A DNA stretch of 63,843 nt, counting the filler, from Octopus bimaculoides (Eukaryota), in NCBI RefSeq assembly GCF_001194135.2. It is 6 parts of 6 records of this genome, joined end to end, with 100 filler letters (N's around TTAATTAATTAA, not from the genome) between each part and the next. Parts side by side here need not be neighbours in the genome. Positions count along the whole stretch, not along the records: positions 13,172 to 27,617 come from NC_068988.1; positions 27,718 to 34,291 come from NW_026365391.1; positions 34,392 to 56,296 come from NC_068985.1; 3 more parts are not named here. One strand, given 5' to 3'. Under the pieces are notes generated by a model. It saw only the letters and a program-made list of their open reading frames with translations, was not told the DNA's origin and did no database searches. Numbering within the stretch: the stretch's first letter is position 1; every line of letters starts with the position of its first letter. Below are positions 24,134 through 35,801 of the stretch, one piece after another. Both the position numbers and the translations under genes were made by a program.

Positions 24134-25310
24134 TTGAACCGTAACCAGAATATTGGTTTATGACAATGTAGGCATTTGAATGTCTTCAGTAAAATTATCT
24201 CGAATTTTTTGATGAATTTTTTTATGACATTAGCGAAATTAACTGCCATGTGGTAAATCTTTTATCCAAATTTCATTGTGTTACTTTGTAACACAAACCG
24301 CAATAGCCCACAGAGAAAATTAGATGGAATACATTTGTTTGAACGTTTTTCGAAGGTAATCATGCATGCGTCTACCCCTTCGTCGTAGTGCATTTTGAGA
24401 TATAAGGAAGAAACATCCATGGTTACCAACAAGCAGTTTTCGACATGGCCTCGGTGCCTAATAAAGTTGTTGATTTTAGACACAAAATCAAATGTATCGC
24501 CAATATAGGAACTTGATCTTTTTGCGACACGGAGTAGAAAGCTATCCAGCTACTCCGACATTTTAGTTACACATATCCACTGCAAACTGGGCGCATTGCA
24601 GGAAATCTTTTGCAATTCGTGTGTTTTGGAGAAATCATAAAATACAGGTGGTGCTCTTTCTCACCGTAAAATCCAGAATTTATTAATTTATTAGTTAAAT
24701 TGTTTTCTTCCATTTCCAGAATTATTTTGTCAAGTTCCTTATTGTAATTGGGGTTTGTATCGACAGGTAATTTTTCATATAAAATTTTCTCACTTAAAAC
24801 TTTTTCACAAACCGAAATATACTCATTTTTGTTCATAATTACAATAGGGCCTCTCTTATCCGCCATTTTAATAACTATAGAATAATTATTAGCTAGACGA
24901 CGGAGTGCCTAGCGTTGGGAATTTGTAAAGTTAATTTAGAACTTCTTACCACTTTTTTAAGGCTTCCTCTAATGCTCGTCTGACAAGACTTGAGAAATTC
25001 TAATAGTGCTTGTGAACGTCAAAGCTGAACCTTATCTGGATATCATTTGAGATTCTTTTCAATCCAATTATGTCAAATTCGATCATCATCAGTTTTATTT
25101 TCATTAAACATAGGGTTAGGACTTCTCGTTATCATTTTTTTCTAACAAATATTCCTTCAGCTTGTGACGGCGGACAAACCGAAATAGCTGTTGAGCTAGT
25201 TTATCCTTATCGAAATTCTTAGTGCTTAGGCCGAAACTCAATCCAAGCTCCAAGACAGAGACATCGTCTTGTGTACGTTTTAATTTCGATAAATTTAAGA
25301 CCGACTCATT
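24134..25310 (-). mobile_element. Penelope-like element, N-terminus and RT up to the catalytic motif
   Basis: VLNLSK..VLELGLSF; ADKRGPIVIMNK; RPVCSG; LLVTMDVSSLY; MAVNFAN..KPIFWLRF. Confidence 0.85.
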
Positions 25311-26452
25311 CTCTAGTGTAATGTATTTTCTTGGGCATATGTTTTTTTAGAGTTTTACTTCCATTAGATTCCTCATTACCTTTTGGGTTTCGCTCGAAGT
25401 CTTCACTTAAAACATGGAACTTATTGTTCTACGCGGGCATCCAAAATGGCGTTCCAATCGCTCACTAACACTGAAGAGCGAGACGTTCATGAATGTTCAT
25501 GTGAAAAGTCACGAAAACGTATTCATGTATATATGAATGAATTTATGTATGTATGCATACAAACATATACATAAATTCTTACGTGCATGCAGTTTAAGAG
25601 AAACAAATAAGAAAATATTTTAGACGATAGACATATCATTAATAGCAGAGTCACGTGTGTCGTACAATTTATAGGCGCGAAGCAGATGAATTATTCAATC
25701 TCGGAATATTATTTGTCGCTTATTTTGTGAGATCTAATTTAAATTTGTATTCTCTTTATATATATATTTACATTTTTTCTTTCTTTCAAATTCGATTATA
25801 TTTTCGTATATCTCTGTTTTATATTAAATTTGCAAATATCCATTTAACGAATGAATTATGCACGTCTTTCGTACAAACACCGATGTACACTCAGATACAT
25901 ATTTGAAGACACTCTCAAACGCCGAGAGGCTCATACACCCAGACATACACACCCCACACACAAAGACACACATATATACACATAGGCACACACGTACGAA
26001 CACACACACGTACGAACACACACACGTACGAACACACACACGCTCATATATTTGTATGTATATATATAAATCTGTGCGTGTGTATGCATGTCTCACTCTC
26101 TTTATATATGCATACATACAATACATACGAATATGTGTAAACATACACGCGTTTGCATTTGTATACATATGAATCAATATATGCTTATATATACAGACAT
26201 ACATACACATATAAATACATATTATTCATATATATGCGTGTGTCTGCATATATATATATATATATATANNNNNNNNNNNNNNNNNNNNNNNNNNNNNNNN
26301 NNNNNNNNNNNNNNNNNNNNNNNNNNNNNNNNNNNNNNNNNNNNNNNNNNNNNNNNNNNNNNNNNNNNNNNNNNNNNNNNNNNNNNNNNNNNNNNNNNNN
26401 NNNNNNNNNNNNNNNNNNNNNNNNNNNNNNNNNNNNNNNNNNNNNNNNNNNN

Positions 26453-26500
<48 letters not shown>

Positions 26501-26831
26501 ACACACACATACGCACACACACACATAGACGTATACGCACTCACATTCCTACTCATCTGCATACATTTAGAACTCCTAAGTTTTTCACAAAGTAAATATA
26601 TTTTTAGCACGTACACACGGCAGGAATAGAAATAAAAACAGATTCTCGAAAATCTTTCGTGAGAAGACACAAAAAAAAATTGCAAAATTACAATAAAGAT
26701 GATAAAAGCGTAAAGAAATTTTAACCGACAACAGTTTCAAGATATTTAAGGAAAATAAGGTAAAACAATGTATGTATGATTGAAACCATTGGCAAGAATA
26801 TAGTAGACACAACAGAGAATTGAATAATAAC

Positions 26832-26889
<58 letters not shown>

Positions 26890-26904
26890 TAATAATAGTA
26901 ATAA

Positions 26905-27338
26905 TGGACAGACAAGGTGTTAGAGCACTGGAAGGCCAGATATAGTGACCTTTAAGAAGGACAAACAAGTGTGCCTAATAATTGACGCGGCAGTGACAGG
27001 AGATAAAGATATAATCATGAAAGAGAAAATGTTGACAAATATGGAGACCTGAGAATTGAGATTGCCAAGATGTGGCAGCCATGAGAGTCAAACATAAAGG
27101 TTATCCCTATTGTCATCGGAGTATTGGGTTCGATACCACCCAATCTGAAAAGGTATCTGAAAACCTTAGAAATACCATACAATCTAGATATATTGCAAAA
27201 TTCGGCATTACTTGGAACTGCACGCATATCGCGTAAAGTACTGTCTGTCTGAAGTCCTTGTTGCGACCTTACAAACAATTCAAACCACCAGTAGACAGAA
27301 TATGTTAACTCAACAACCTCAGGATACTGTGCGACGTC

Positions 27339-27340
<2 letters not shown>
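26905..27340 (+). mobile_element. R4/Dong LINE 3' end (UTR type 4), inside (TAA)n
   Basis: CLIIDAAV..DKYGDLRIEI..VIPIVIGVLGSIP..LQNSALLGTARISRKVL*; TAA tracts at 26822-26904 and 27341-27390. Confidence 0.9.
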
Positions 27341-27390
<50 letters not shown>

Positions 27391-27617
27391 GTAATAAGAG
27401 AACTAGACGAAAGCCAACCATATAAGTATTTAGGAGTCAATGAACTAGATAGGATACAACATACACAAATGAAAGAAAAAATAAAGAAAGAGTACTATAG
27501 ACGAGTTAGATCAATACTAAAAACAGAGCTCAATGCTAAAAACAAGATAATGGGTATCAACACTTTAGCTGTCCCAGTTATAAGCTACAGCTACAACATC
27601 CTTAACTGGACACTAAA
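27391..27617 (+). mobile_element. R4/Dong LINE RT-thumb fragment running into a gap
   Basis: YKYLGVNE...KEYYRRVRSILKTELNAKNKIMGINTLAVPV. Confidence 0.88.
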
Positions 27618-27717
27618 NNNNNNNNNNNNNNNNNNNNNNNNNNNNNNNNNNNNNNNNNNNNTTAATTAATTAANNNNNNNNNNNNNNNNNNNNNNNNNNN
27701 NNNNNNNNNNNNNNNNN

Positions 27718-27950
27718 ATAAAGGAAAGAAAAAAGAAAGAAATATTTAAAATTTCTTTTTCTTTTCTCCATGATTGACCACTGGCTACTAAAGCTTCCTT
27801 TATTTATTCTCTCTTTGTTTATTTTCCGTTGTTCCATTCTGTTGAAGAGCGTAGGCTCGAAACATAAAAGACTTTCTCACCTTCTCGAGCGTTAAACTAA
27901 TACACCTGTTTGTTGTTTATTCACCTGTCTTCGTCATTTGTTTATATATA
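27718..27950 (+). mobile_element. Probable Penelope pseudo-LTR with hammerhead-like motif
   Basis: CTGTTGA-A-GAGC GTAG GCTC-GAAACAT in a pyrimidine-rich terminal repeat. Confidence 0.45.
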
Positions 27951-27969
27951 TATAACTTGTACATACATA

Positions 27970-28175
27970 CGAAGGGATGCTAAAAAGTTTCTGGGTTTAA
28001 GGGTATCGCGAAAGGCCCAACTCTCTGAGTTTTTTTTACAAGGCTTAGAAAAACTGAAGGACCGCTGCAATAGTTGTGAGAATCTGAGAGGGGAATATGT
28101 TGAATAAAATCCTAGTTAACTGAGCCTCCTGTATTTTCGTTTACCCAAAGCCAGGAACTTTTCAATACACCTTCA
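27970..28175 (+). mobile_element. Mariner (irritans-like) MITE/deletion derivative
   Basis: About 28-bp TIRs; encodes GLEKLKDRCNSCENLRGEYVE*; a related copy lies at 61024-61224. Confidence 0.8.
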
Positions 28176-28237
28176 TGTGTGTGTGCGTGTGTTTGTGTTT
28201 GTGTGTGTATATAACTTGTACATACAGCACGCACATA

Positions 28238-28648
28238 CTCTTTTTACTCTTTTACTTGTTTCAGTCATTTGATTGCGGCCATGCTGGGGCACCGCCTTTA
28301 GTCGAGCAAATCGACTCCAGGGTTTATCTTTGTAAGACTAGTACTTATTCTATCTGTCTTTTTTTGCCGAACCGCTAAGTTACGGGGACGTAAACACACC
28401 AGCATCGGTTGTCAAGCGATGTTGGGGGGACAAACACAGACACACATACATATACAGACATATACATACATATACATATATACGACGGGCTTCTTTCAGT
28501 TTTCGTCTACCAAATCCACTCACAAGGCTTTGGTCGGCCCGAGTCTATAGTAGACGACACTTGCCCAAGGTACCACGCAGTGGGACTGGACCCGGAACCA
28601 TGTGGTTGGTAAGCAAGCTACTTACCACACAGCCACTCCTGCGCCTAT
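28238..28648 (-). mobile_element. SINE family B, full length
   Basis: Head AGGCGCAGGAGTGGCTGTGTGGTAAG, B-box-like GGGTCCAGTCCC, CORE-like CTTGGGCAAGTGTC, internal (CA/TA)n. Confidence 0.92.
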
Positions 28649-29385
28649 ACACATATGCAGAATTCAATGTGTTGCGGTTGATCTGATTCCTCGTGTTTGA
28701 CGCAACGATTATAGCATGTCTCGAAAAAAAAAGAACAAGAAAACAAAAACAAAAAGAAGCAGAAAGAAAACCTTAATAACCTCCCCCACCAACGCACTAA
28801 AAAGAAACAACATAAAAAGAAATTAAAAAAAAAATATATAGAAATAGAAATAAAGAAAGCTTTCAGGATTCGCAGAGTAGAGTAAGGNNNNNNNNNNNNN
28901 NNNNNNNNNNNNNNNNNNNNNNNNNNNNNNNNNNNNNNNNNNNNNNNNNNNNNNNNNNNNNNNNNNNNNNNNNNNNNNNNNNNNNNNNNNNNNNNNNNNN
29001 NNNNNNNNNNNNNNNNNNNNNNNNNNNNNNNNNNNNNNNNNNNNNNNNNNNNNNNNNNNNNNNNNNNNNNNNNNNNNNNNNNNNNNNNNNNNNNNNNNNN
29101 NNNNNNNNNNNNNNNNNNNNNNNNNNNNNNNNNNNNNNNNNNNNNNNNNNNNNNNNNNNNNNNNNNNNNNNNNNNNNNNNNNNNNNNNNNNNNNNNNNNN
29201 NNNNNNNNNNNNNNNNNNNNNNNNNNNNNNNNNNNNNNNNNNNNNNNNNNNNNNNNNNNNNNNNNNNNNNNNNNNNNNNNNNNNNNNNNNNNNNNNNNNN
29301 NNNNNNNNNNNNNNNNNNNNNNNNNNNNNNNNNNNNNNNNNNNNNNNNNNNNNNNNNCCCATCCCCTTCCACCAATATGATTCTC

Positions 29386-29417
<32 letters not shown>

Positions 29418-29658
29418 ATGGCAATATTATATCTGTGTTCTGTTAGTGTAAGTGGAATGAGTATGTATGTGCTTGTGTGTGTATATGTATGTGTGTGTGC
29501 ATGCTTGTATGCGTGCGTATCTATGTAAGTATGTGTAAAGATAGGTGTGAATATATTTTATAAATGTGTATGTATATATATATATATATATATATATACA
29601 TACACACCAACACACATATGTACGTATTTGTATGTATGTATGTATGTATGTATGTATA

Positions 29659-29837
29659 CAATGGGGGTCTTAAAAGACATGTTAGGATCCACAATGAGCA
29701 GAACTTACTTGCAGGTATTGGTAGTGCAAATCAGAGGTGCAATCTGTGTGGGTGTTTTTTCAAAACACTGTCTGGTTTAAAAAGCCACATCAGACGCCAT
29801 GAAAGGGCTAATGTGTAGGTGCAGGAGGTGGTCAAAN
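29659..29837 (+). pseudogene. C2H2 zinc-finger-encoding fragment, probably a LINE ORF2 C-terminus
   Basis: GLKRHVRIH...CNLCGCFFKTLSGLKSHIRRH, then stop; abuts (TATG)n and a gap. Confidence 0.6.
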
Positions 29838-30674
29838 NNNNNNNNNNNNNNNNNNNNNNNNNNNNNNNNNNNNNNNNNNNNNNNNNNNNNNNNNNNNNNN
29901 NNNNNNNNNNNNNNNNNNNNNNNNNNNNNNNNNNNNNNNNNNNNNNNNNNNNNNNNNNNNNNNNNNNNNNNNNNNNNNNNNNNNNNNNNNNNNNNNNNNN
30001 NNNNNNNNNNNNNNNNNNNNNNNNNNNNNNNNNNNNNNNNNNNNNNNNNNNNNNNNNNNNNNNNNNNNNNNNNNNNNNNNNNNNNNNNNNNNNNNNNNNN
30101 NNNNNNNNNNNNNNNNNNNNNNNNNNNNNNNNNNNNNNNNNNNNNNNNNNNNNNNNNNNNNNNNNNNNNNNNNNNNNNNNNNNNNNNNNNNNNNNNNNNN
30201 NNNNNNNNNNNNNNNNNNNNNNNNNNNNNNNNNNNNNNNNNNNNNNNNNNNNNNNNNNNNNNNNNNNNNNNNNNNNNNNNNNNNNNNNNNNNNNNNNNNN
30301 NNNNNNNNNNNNNNNNNNNNNNNNNNNNNNNNNNNNNNNNNNNNNNNNNNNNNNNNNNNNNNNNNNNNNNNNNNNNNNNNNNNNNNNNNNNNNNNNNNNN
30401 NNNNNNNNNNNNNNNNNNNNNNNNNNNNNNNNNNNNNNNNNNNNNNNNNNNNNNNNNNNNNNNNNNNNNNNNNNNNNNNNNNNNNNNNNNNNNNNNNNNN
30501 NNNNNNNNNNNNNNNNNNNNNNNNNNNNNNNNNNNNNNNNNNNNNNNNNNNNNNNNNNNNNNNNNNNNNNNNNNNNNNNNNNNNNNNNNNNNNNNNNNNN
30601 NNNNNNNNNNNNNNNNNNNNNNNNNNNNNNNNNNNNNNNNNNNNNNNNNNNNNNNNNNNNNNNNNNNNNNNNNN

Positions 30675-31337
30675 GCCGCCGCCGCCGCTGCTACTACTGC
30701 TGCTGTTATTTTTGTTGTTGTTGGTGGTGCTACTTACATTCCTGTTATTACTGTTACATTTTTTTTGCGGCAATGTTTTATGGGAAGGTGGTAGGTCTGG
30801 GGCAGATGGTTCGCAATAGTCGTCTTTGTTACTATAGTCGTAGTCGGCGTCGTCGTGGTTGTTGTTGTTGATGCAGCTCTTGTTGTTTCTGATATCTTTT
30901 TTTTTAATGCTGCAATTATTGCTGTTCCTTTTGTCGATTTAGTTTTTCTTACTTTTCTGTACTTTTTTTTTGCTATTTTTCTCTGACCTTTTGCTTTTGC
31001 AGTCGCTGTAAGTATAATTTTTGTTGCAGTTAGTGTTGTAACGGCATTTGTTGTTTTTGCTACAGTTGCAGTAGGAAGCATTCTTGTTGTTGTTGTTGTT
31101 GTTGTTGTTGTTATTATCATTATTAGCAGTAGTAGTGGTAGTAGTAGTAGTAGTAGGAGTAGTAATAGTAGTAGGAGTAGTAATAGTAGTAGGAGTAGTA
31201 ATAGTAGTAGTAGTAGCTGCTGTGAGCTTTGATAATGTAGATAACACTACAGTTGTTTTTGTAGTTGCTCTTGTTTATGGTTGTTTTATCGGTTCAGGTA
31301 TGCAACAAGTATTGTCATAGTAGTAGTAGTAGTAGTG
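30675..31337. repeat. Compound trinucleotide low-complexity tract with an 18-bp minisatellite (GTAGTAGGAGTAGTAATA x3)
   Basis: Direct reading. Confidence 0.8.
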
Positions 31338-31435
31338 TGAAGGCGCGTGGCTTAGTGGTTAGGGCATTCGGCTCACGATCGTAAGGTCGTGAGTTCAATT
31401 CCCGGCGATGCGTTGTGTCCTCGAGCAAGACAGTA
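31338..31435 (+). mobile_element. SINE family C head (tRNA-derived); similar copies at 32127-32275, 55168-55400 and 62520-62650 (minus)
   Basis: A box TGGCTTAGTGG, B box GAGTTCAATTCC, CORE-like TGTGTCCTCGAGCAAGACA. Confidence 0.8.
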
Positions 31436-32717
31436 AAACAATGCCGGGTCGTTTCCATGCAGTCCTTTGTACCGAATAGCGCACATGAAAATGTGCGCTT
31501 CTTGAGGAGGAGCCATTGTGCTTAAATTATTAGTATAAATTAATGTTTCGCCGTTGCGTCCCCCATTACCTCGTTCAGGGGTTGTGCTTGTAGTCTGGAA
31601 CACGAGATCCACTAGTATGCATACTTATACCAGCGGATTTGGACTTTATAGGTATAATTTTGAAGGCTTGAAGAAAATTCCTTGCATGGAGATATAATGA
31701 AATTTCACGTTTACTGTTCAAGCCAAATAGTTCTAAAATATTCTGTTTTCTGTTGCCCATAAGTAACAACAGCTACTACCTACGTTGCGTGCTTTTGCTT
31801 TCACAACAATACTATGGTTTATCACAGGGTTGCTTTTACCTCCGTCTTTCGCCAAAAGTGATATACTGAGATTATTTCGGGAGCTAAATGGGAGAGTGAA
31901 CATCAGGAGACACTAAGAGCACCAGGAAACTCGCACGAATATGATATTCCTATAGAGTAGAATTAAAGGAATAATAAAAAAAAAAAATTAGTATTAACTT
32001 CACTAGAATTTCGACTTCAAGTCAAAATAAGTTATCTCCCCGTACAAAAATGTTTGTTTTTACGATTTGTCTTTTGTTTTTCTGCTGAGATGTGGATTAT
32101 CACCCCTTAAAAACAAATATGTGAAAGCGCACGGTTTTAGTGGTTAGGGTGTCAGCATCATGATCGCAAGATTGTGGTTTCGATTCCTGGACCGGGCGAC
32201 GCATTGTGTTCTAGAGCAAAACGTTTCGTTTCACGTTGGTCCAGTCCACTCAGCTGGCAAAAAATGAGCAGCCCTGAATATTACTCTATATAATTAATAT
32301 AACCATGTGCACGTTTTCCACTCGTTGGGAACAACTAGTACATGATTCTGGGAATTATATTTCTTTGGCAGTCCATTATGAAGAGAAACAGATATTTTCG
32401 GTAAGAAAGTATTGATTTCGAAACCATGGTCTACGGATAACTTTGTATTTATTTCTATAATTTTCACTAGTCTCACCCGTATGTTTTTGCTTCGCTAAAT
32501 TTTTTCTTTGAGAGCTATTCGGTGATCTTCCTCTAGCACATTAGCAGTCCACTTAGTGGTCTCTTTTATATATACATATACAATAATCCTTTTGAGATCT
32601 CAGATAATTTTTTCTGAATCTCCTGATTCTTTTAATGTGCTAGTTTCCTGGTATTAAATTGATATTAATTAATATCCAATTTTTTACCCTACTATTTTAA
32701 TTATATATATATATATA

Positions 32718-32932
32718 TATGTCTGTGTGTGTATTTGTCCCCCATCACCGCTTGACAACTGGTATTGGTGTGTTTACGTCCCCGTTACCTAGCGGTTCGG
32801 CAAAACACACCGATATGATATGTACCAGGCTTAAAAAAGAAATAAGTAGTGGGGGGTCGATTCATTCGACTAAAAGCTCTTCAAAGCGGTGCCCCAGCAT
32901 GGCCGCGGTCTAATGACTGAAACAAGTAAAAG
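32718..32932 (+). mobile_element. SINE family B, 3' half
   Basis: CGCTTGACAAC...CAGCATGGCCGCGGTCTAATGACTGAAACAAGTAAAAG. Confidence 0.85.
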
Positions 32933-33348
32933 GTAACAGACATGCAATTGCTAAAATTAAAACAAAACCAAGAAATGAAATAACAACACAAAAGCAACAA
33001 CGGCGCTGTAGTGAGATCGAAACAGTCACACAGAGAATTTGCTGTCGAGGGTGATAACATTGGTCTGAGTTATTTCCCCTTAAAACATAGTAGTTTTGGA
33101 ATGGTCGTAATTGAGCTGGTCGTCCGTCACAGCGTAAAGTAGATAAACTCACCAGAGACACTGGATCCCCGCCCAACCATTGAAGGCCTTCCTTAACTAA
33201 TGCAAGACCAAAATGGATGGTGCGTGCGGGTTAAAAATGTCTGAGCAAACTCGACCAGATGATGTTGAAAACATAGTAGCACAAAAAACTGTGGTTTTGC
33301 GATCATGCAAGCAACACAATTATTCGATCTCGTGTCCTGCTTAAATTA

Positions 33349-33617
33349 TGGAGGCGCGTGGCTTAGTGGTTAGGGTGTTGGACTCATGATCGTAAGAAAC
33401 GTTAGCACGCCGGGCGAAATGCTTAGCGGTATTTCGTCTGCCGCTACGTTCTGAGTTCAAATTCCGCCGAGGTCGACGACTTTGCCTTTCATCCTTTCGG
33501 AGTCGATTAAATAAGTACCTGTTACGCACTGGGGTCGATATAATCGACTTAATCCGTTTGTCTGTCCTTGTTTGTCCCCTCCGTGTGTAGCCCCTTGTGG
33601 GTAGTAAAGAAACAACA
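33349..33617 (+). mobile_element. Chimeric SINE: family C head fused to family A body
   Basis: GGCGCGTGGCTTAGTGG...CGTA joined to AGAAACGTTAGCACG. Confidence 0.8.
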
Positions 33618-33695
33618 CGCACACAGACACACATATAAACATATATATCCATTCATTTATATTAATATATATAAATATATAAATTTATATGTATA

Positions 33696-34291
33696 TTGGG
33701 TTGGCCAAGAAGTCCTTTCGTTTTCCAAACAAAAATAAGACACAAGTCTCGAACACAAAGCGATTTATTCAATCAATTATATAATATACCGATTCGTTCC
33801 ACTACCTTCTGCGATTTGGTGACCAAATCCATTGTATTCTGCTCTAAGAGTTTCCTATCTTTACTGGTGAAAAAGTCTTCTGGGTAAATTCTTACGTGCT
33901 CTTTAAAGTTGAAGGTCTGTCTGTCTGTCCATTCAATGAATTTTGAAGTGACTGGAAGAGGTAGAAATCTGAAGTTCTAAGGTCGGATAAATATGGAGAG
34001 TGTGACAGAACTTCCCAGCCAAGCCTCAGTAATGTTTGCCGCATCTGCAAAGAACTGAGTGGTCTGGTATTATCGTGATGGAAGACAATGCCTTTATGAC
34101 TAATTATCAAAATGATGGACGTTTCTGGAGGGTCGCTGCGTTTAATTTGTCCAGCTGGTCACAGTACACATCCGAATTGATAGTCCTGAACGTGGGAAGA
34201 AAATCGTAAAAGGTAACGTCAAATCAATCTCACCTTCTTCGGGTGAAGTCTTGCGTTGAAAGTGATTTGTGACGGTTCGCTGCGCTTCCTG
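33696..34291 (-). mobile_element. Mariner transposon 3' half with TIR
   Basis: TA|TTGGGTTGGCC TIR; TINSDVYCDQLDKL; IVFHHDNTRP; HSPYLSDLRTSDFYLF. Confidence 0.88.
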
Positions 34292-35045
34292 NNNNNNNNN
34301 NNNNNNNNNNNNNNNNNNNNNNNNNNNNNNNNNNNTTAATTAATTAANNNNNNNNNNNNNNNNNNNNNNNNNNNNNNNNNNNNNNNNNNNNTCACTCTCA
34401 AGGCATCGGTCAGCCTGGGGGTATTGCCCAAGGTGCCGCGCAGTGAGTCTGCGCCCGAAATTACGTACTTGCAAACCGATCTTCTTAAACACCTAACCAA
34501 GCAAGTGCAATCAGATTCTTGAGTTCAAACCCGGTAAGGTACTGACCTTTTAGGTGTAAACCGACGCCCAATTCTAACTTAATTGTCGAGAGGCAATGAT
34601 TGATACTCAGTTTGTTGATCGATGCCGCTTCTCGTGTTGTTGTTTCAAACCTGGTTAAACATGATCGAGTAGATCTATAATCAAAAGCAATCCGACCATG
34701 ACTGCACCGTTAAAAATATCTGCTACTGCATTTTCTAATGTGTCTTTCCATTTTTAAGACGGTGAGGTATAATTTGGAGGAAAATTTGGCAACTATTTCT
34801 GGTAGGTCCTGCGACTAAGGATAGGTGTTTTTATGGGGGGCTTGCAATTTCATCGATGTTTTGGTTTGGTGTAAAAGTCTGAAATGAATTATGAATTTGA
34901 CTACGTAAAGGACACAGAGAGCTTGTTCGAGTCACTCTCGTAGCAGTCGAGAAGAGATTGTGGTCGAAATACATTTATTTCTATTATGGAGGGGAGTGCT
35001 AAGCAGTGATAAGTAAAGCCTCAATGTTATTATCAGTCTGAATAA

Positions 35046-35475
35046 AAGCGGCGAGCTGGCAGAAACGTTAGCACAGCAGGCGAAATGCTTATCGATATTT
35101 CGTCTGTCTTTATGTTCTGAGTTCAAATTCTGCCGAGGTCTACTTTGCTTTAATCTTTTCGGGGTCGATTAAATAAGTACCAGTTACGCACTGGTTTCGA
35201 TGTAATCGACTTAATCTCTTTATCTGTCCTTGTTTGTCCCCTCTATGTTTAGCCCCTTGTAAGCAATAAAGAAATAAGAAACGTTAGCACACCGGGCGAA
35301 ATTCTTAGCGGTATTTCGTCTGTCTTTACGTTCTGAGTTCAAATTCCACCGAGGTCGATTTTGCCTTTCATCCTTGCGGAGTCGATGAATTAAGTACCAG
35401 TTGCGTACTGGAGTCGATCTAATCGATTGGCCCCTCCCCCAAAACTTCAGGCCTTGTGCCTATATTAGAAAATAT
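35046..35475 (+). mobile_element. Dimeric SINE family A (full monomer plus headless monomer)
   Basis: Junction AAAGAAATA|AGAAACGTTAGCAC at 35276/35277. Confidence 0.88.
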
Positions 35476-35801
35476 TATCTGTCCAAATATGCTTGATGCA
35501 CGTTCGAACTGGGGAACAAGCCACCCACTGCATTTTGCGACGGAGAATATATCCTGCTTGTTGACAAATGGTGTGTATACACCTAGATCAGCTCGCAAGT
35601 CNNNNNNNNNNAGAAACGTTAGCACACCGGGCGAAATTCTTAGCGGTATTTCGTCTGTCTTTACGTTCTGAGTTCAAATTCCACCGAGGTCGATTTTGCC
35701 TTTCATCCTTGCGGAGTCGATGAATTAAGTACCAGTTGCGTACTGGAGTCGATCTAATCGATTGGCCCCTCCCCCAAAACTTCAGGCCTTGTGCCTATAT
35801 T

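Noticed and set aside
25471-25525. CTGAAGA...GTGA AAAG TCAC GAAAACGT beside the Penelope 5' end
   Set aside because: About 23 extra nucleotides separate the core from the stem and stem I is absent; suggestive only
26690-26825. Possible further R4 3' end before the TAA tract (TVSRYLRKIR*)
   Set aside because: Similarity to the REL C-terminus is too weak to call
30734-31120. Thr/Lys-rich 128-aa ORF, mucin-like or histone-H1-like
   Set aside because: Derived from degenerate trinucleotide repeats; no domain or splice evidence
31338-31410. tRNA-like sequence with A and B boxes
   Set aside because: The acceptor stem is imperfect and it continues into a SINE core; a SINE head, not a tRNA gene
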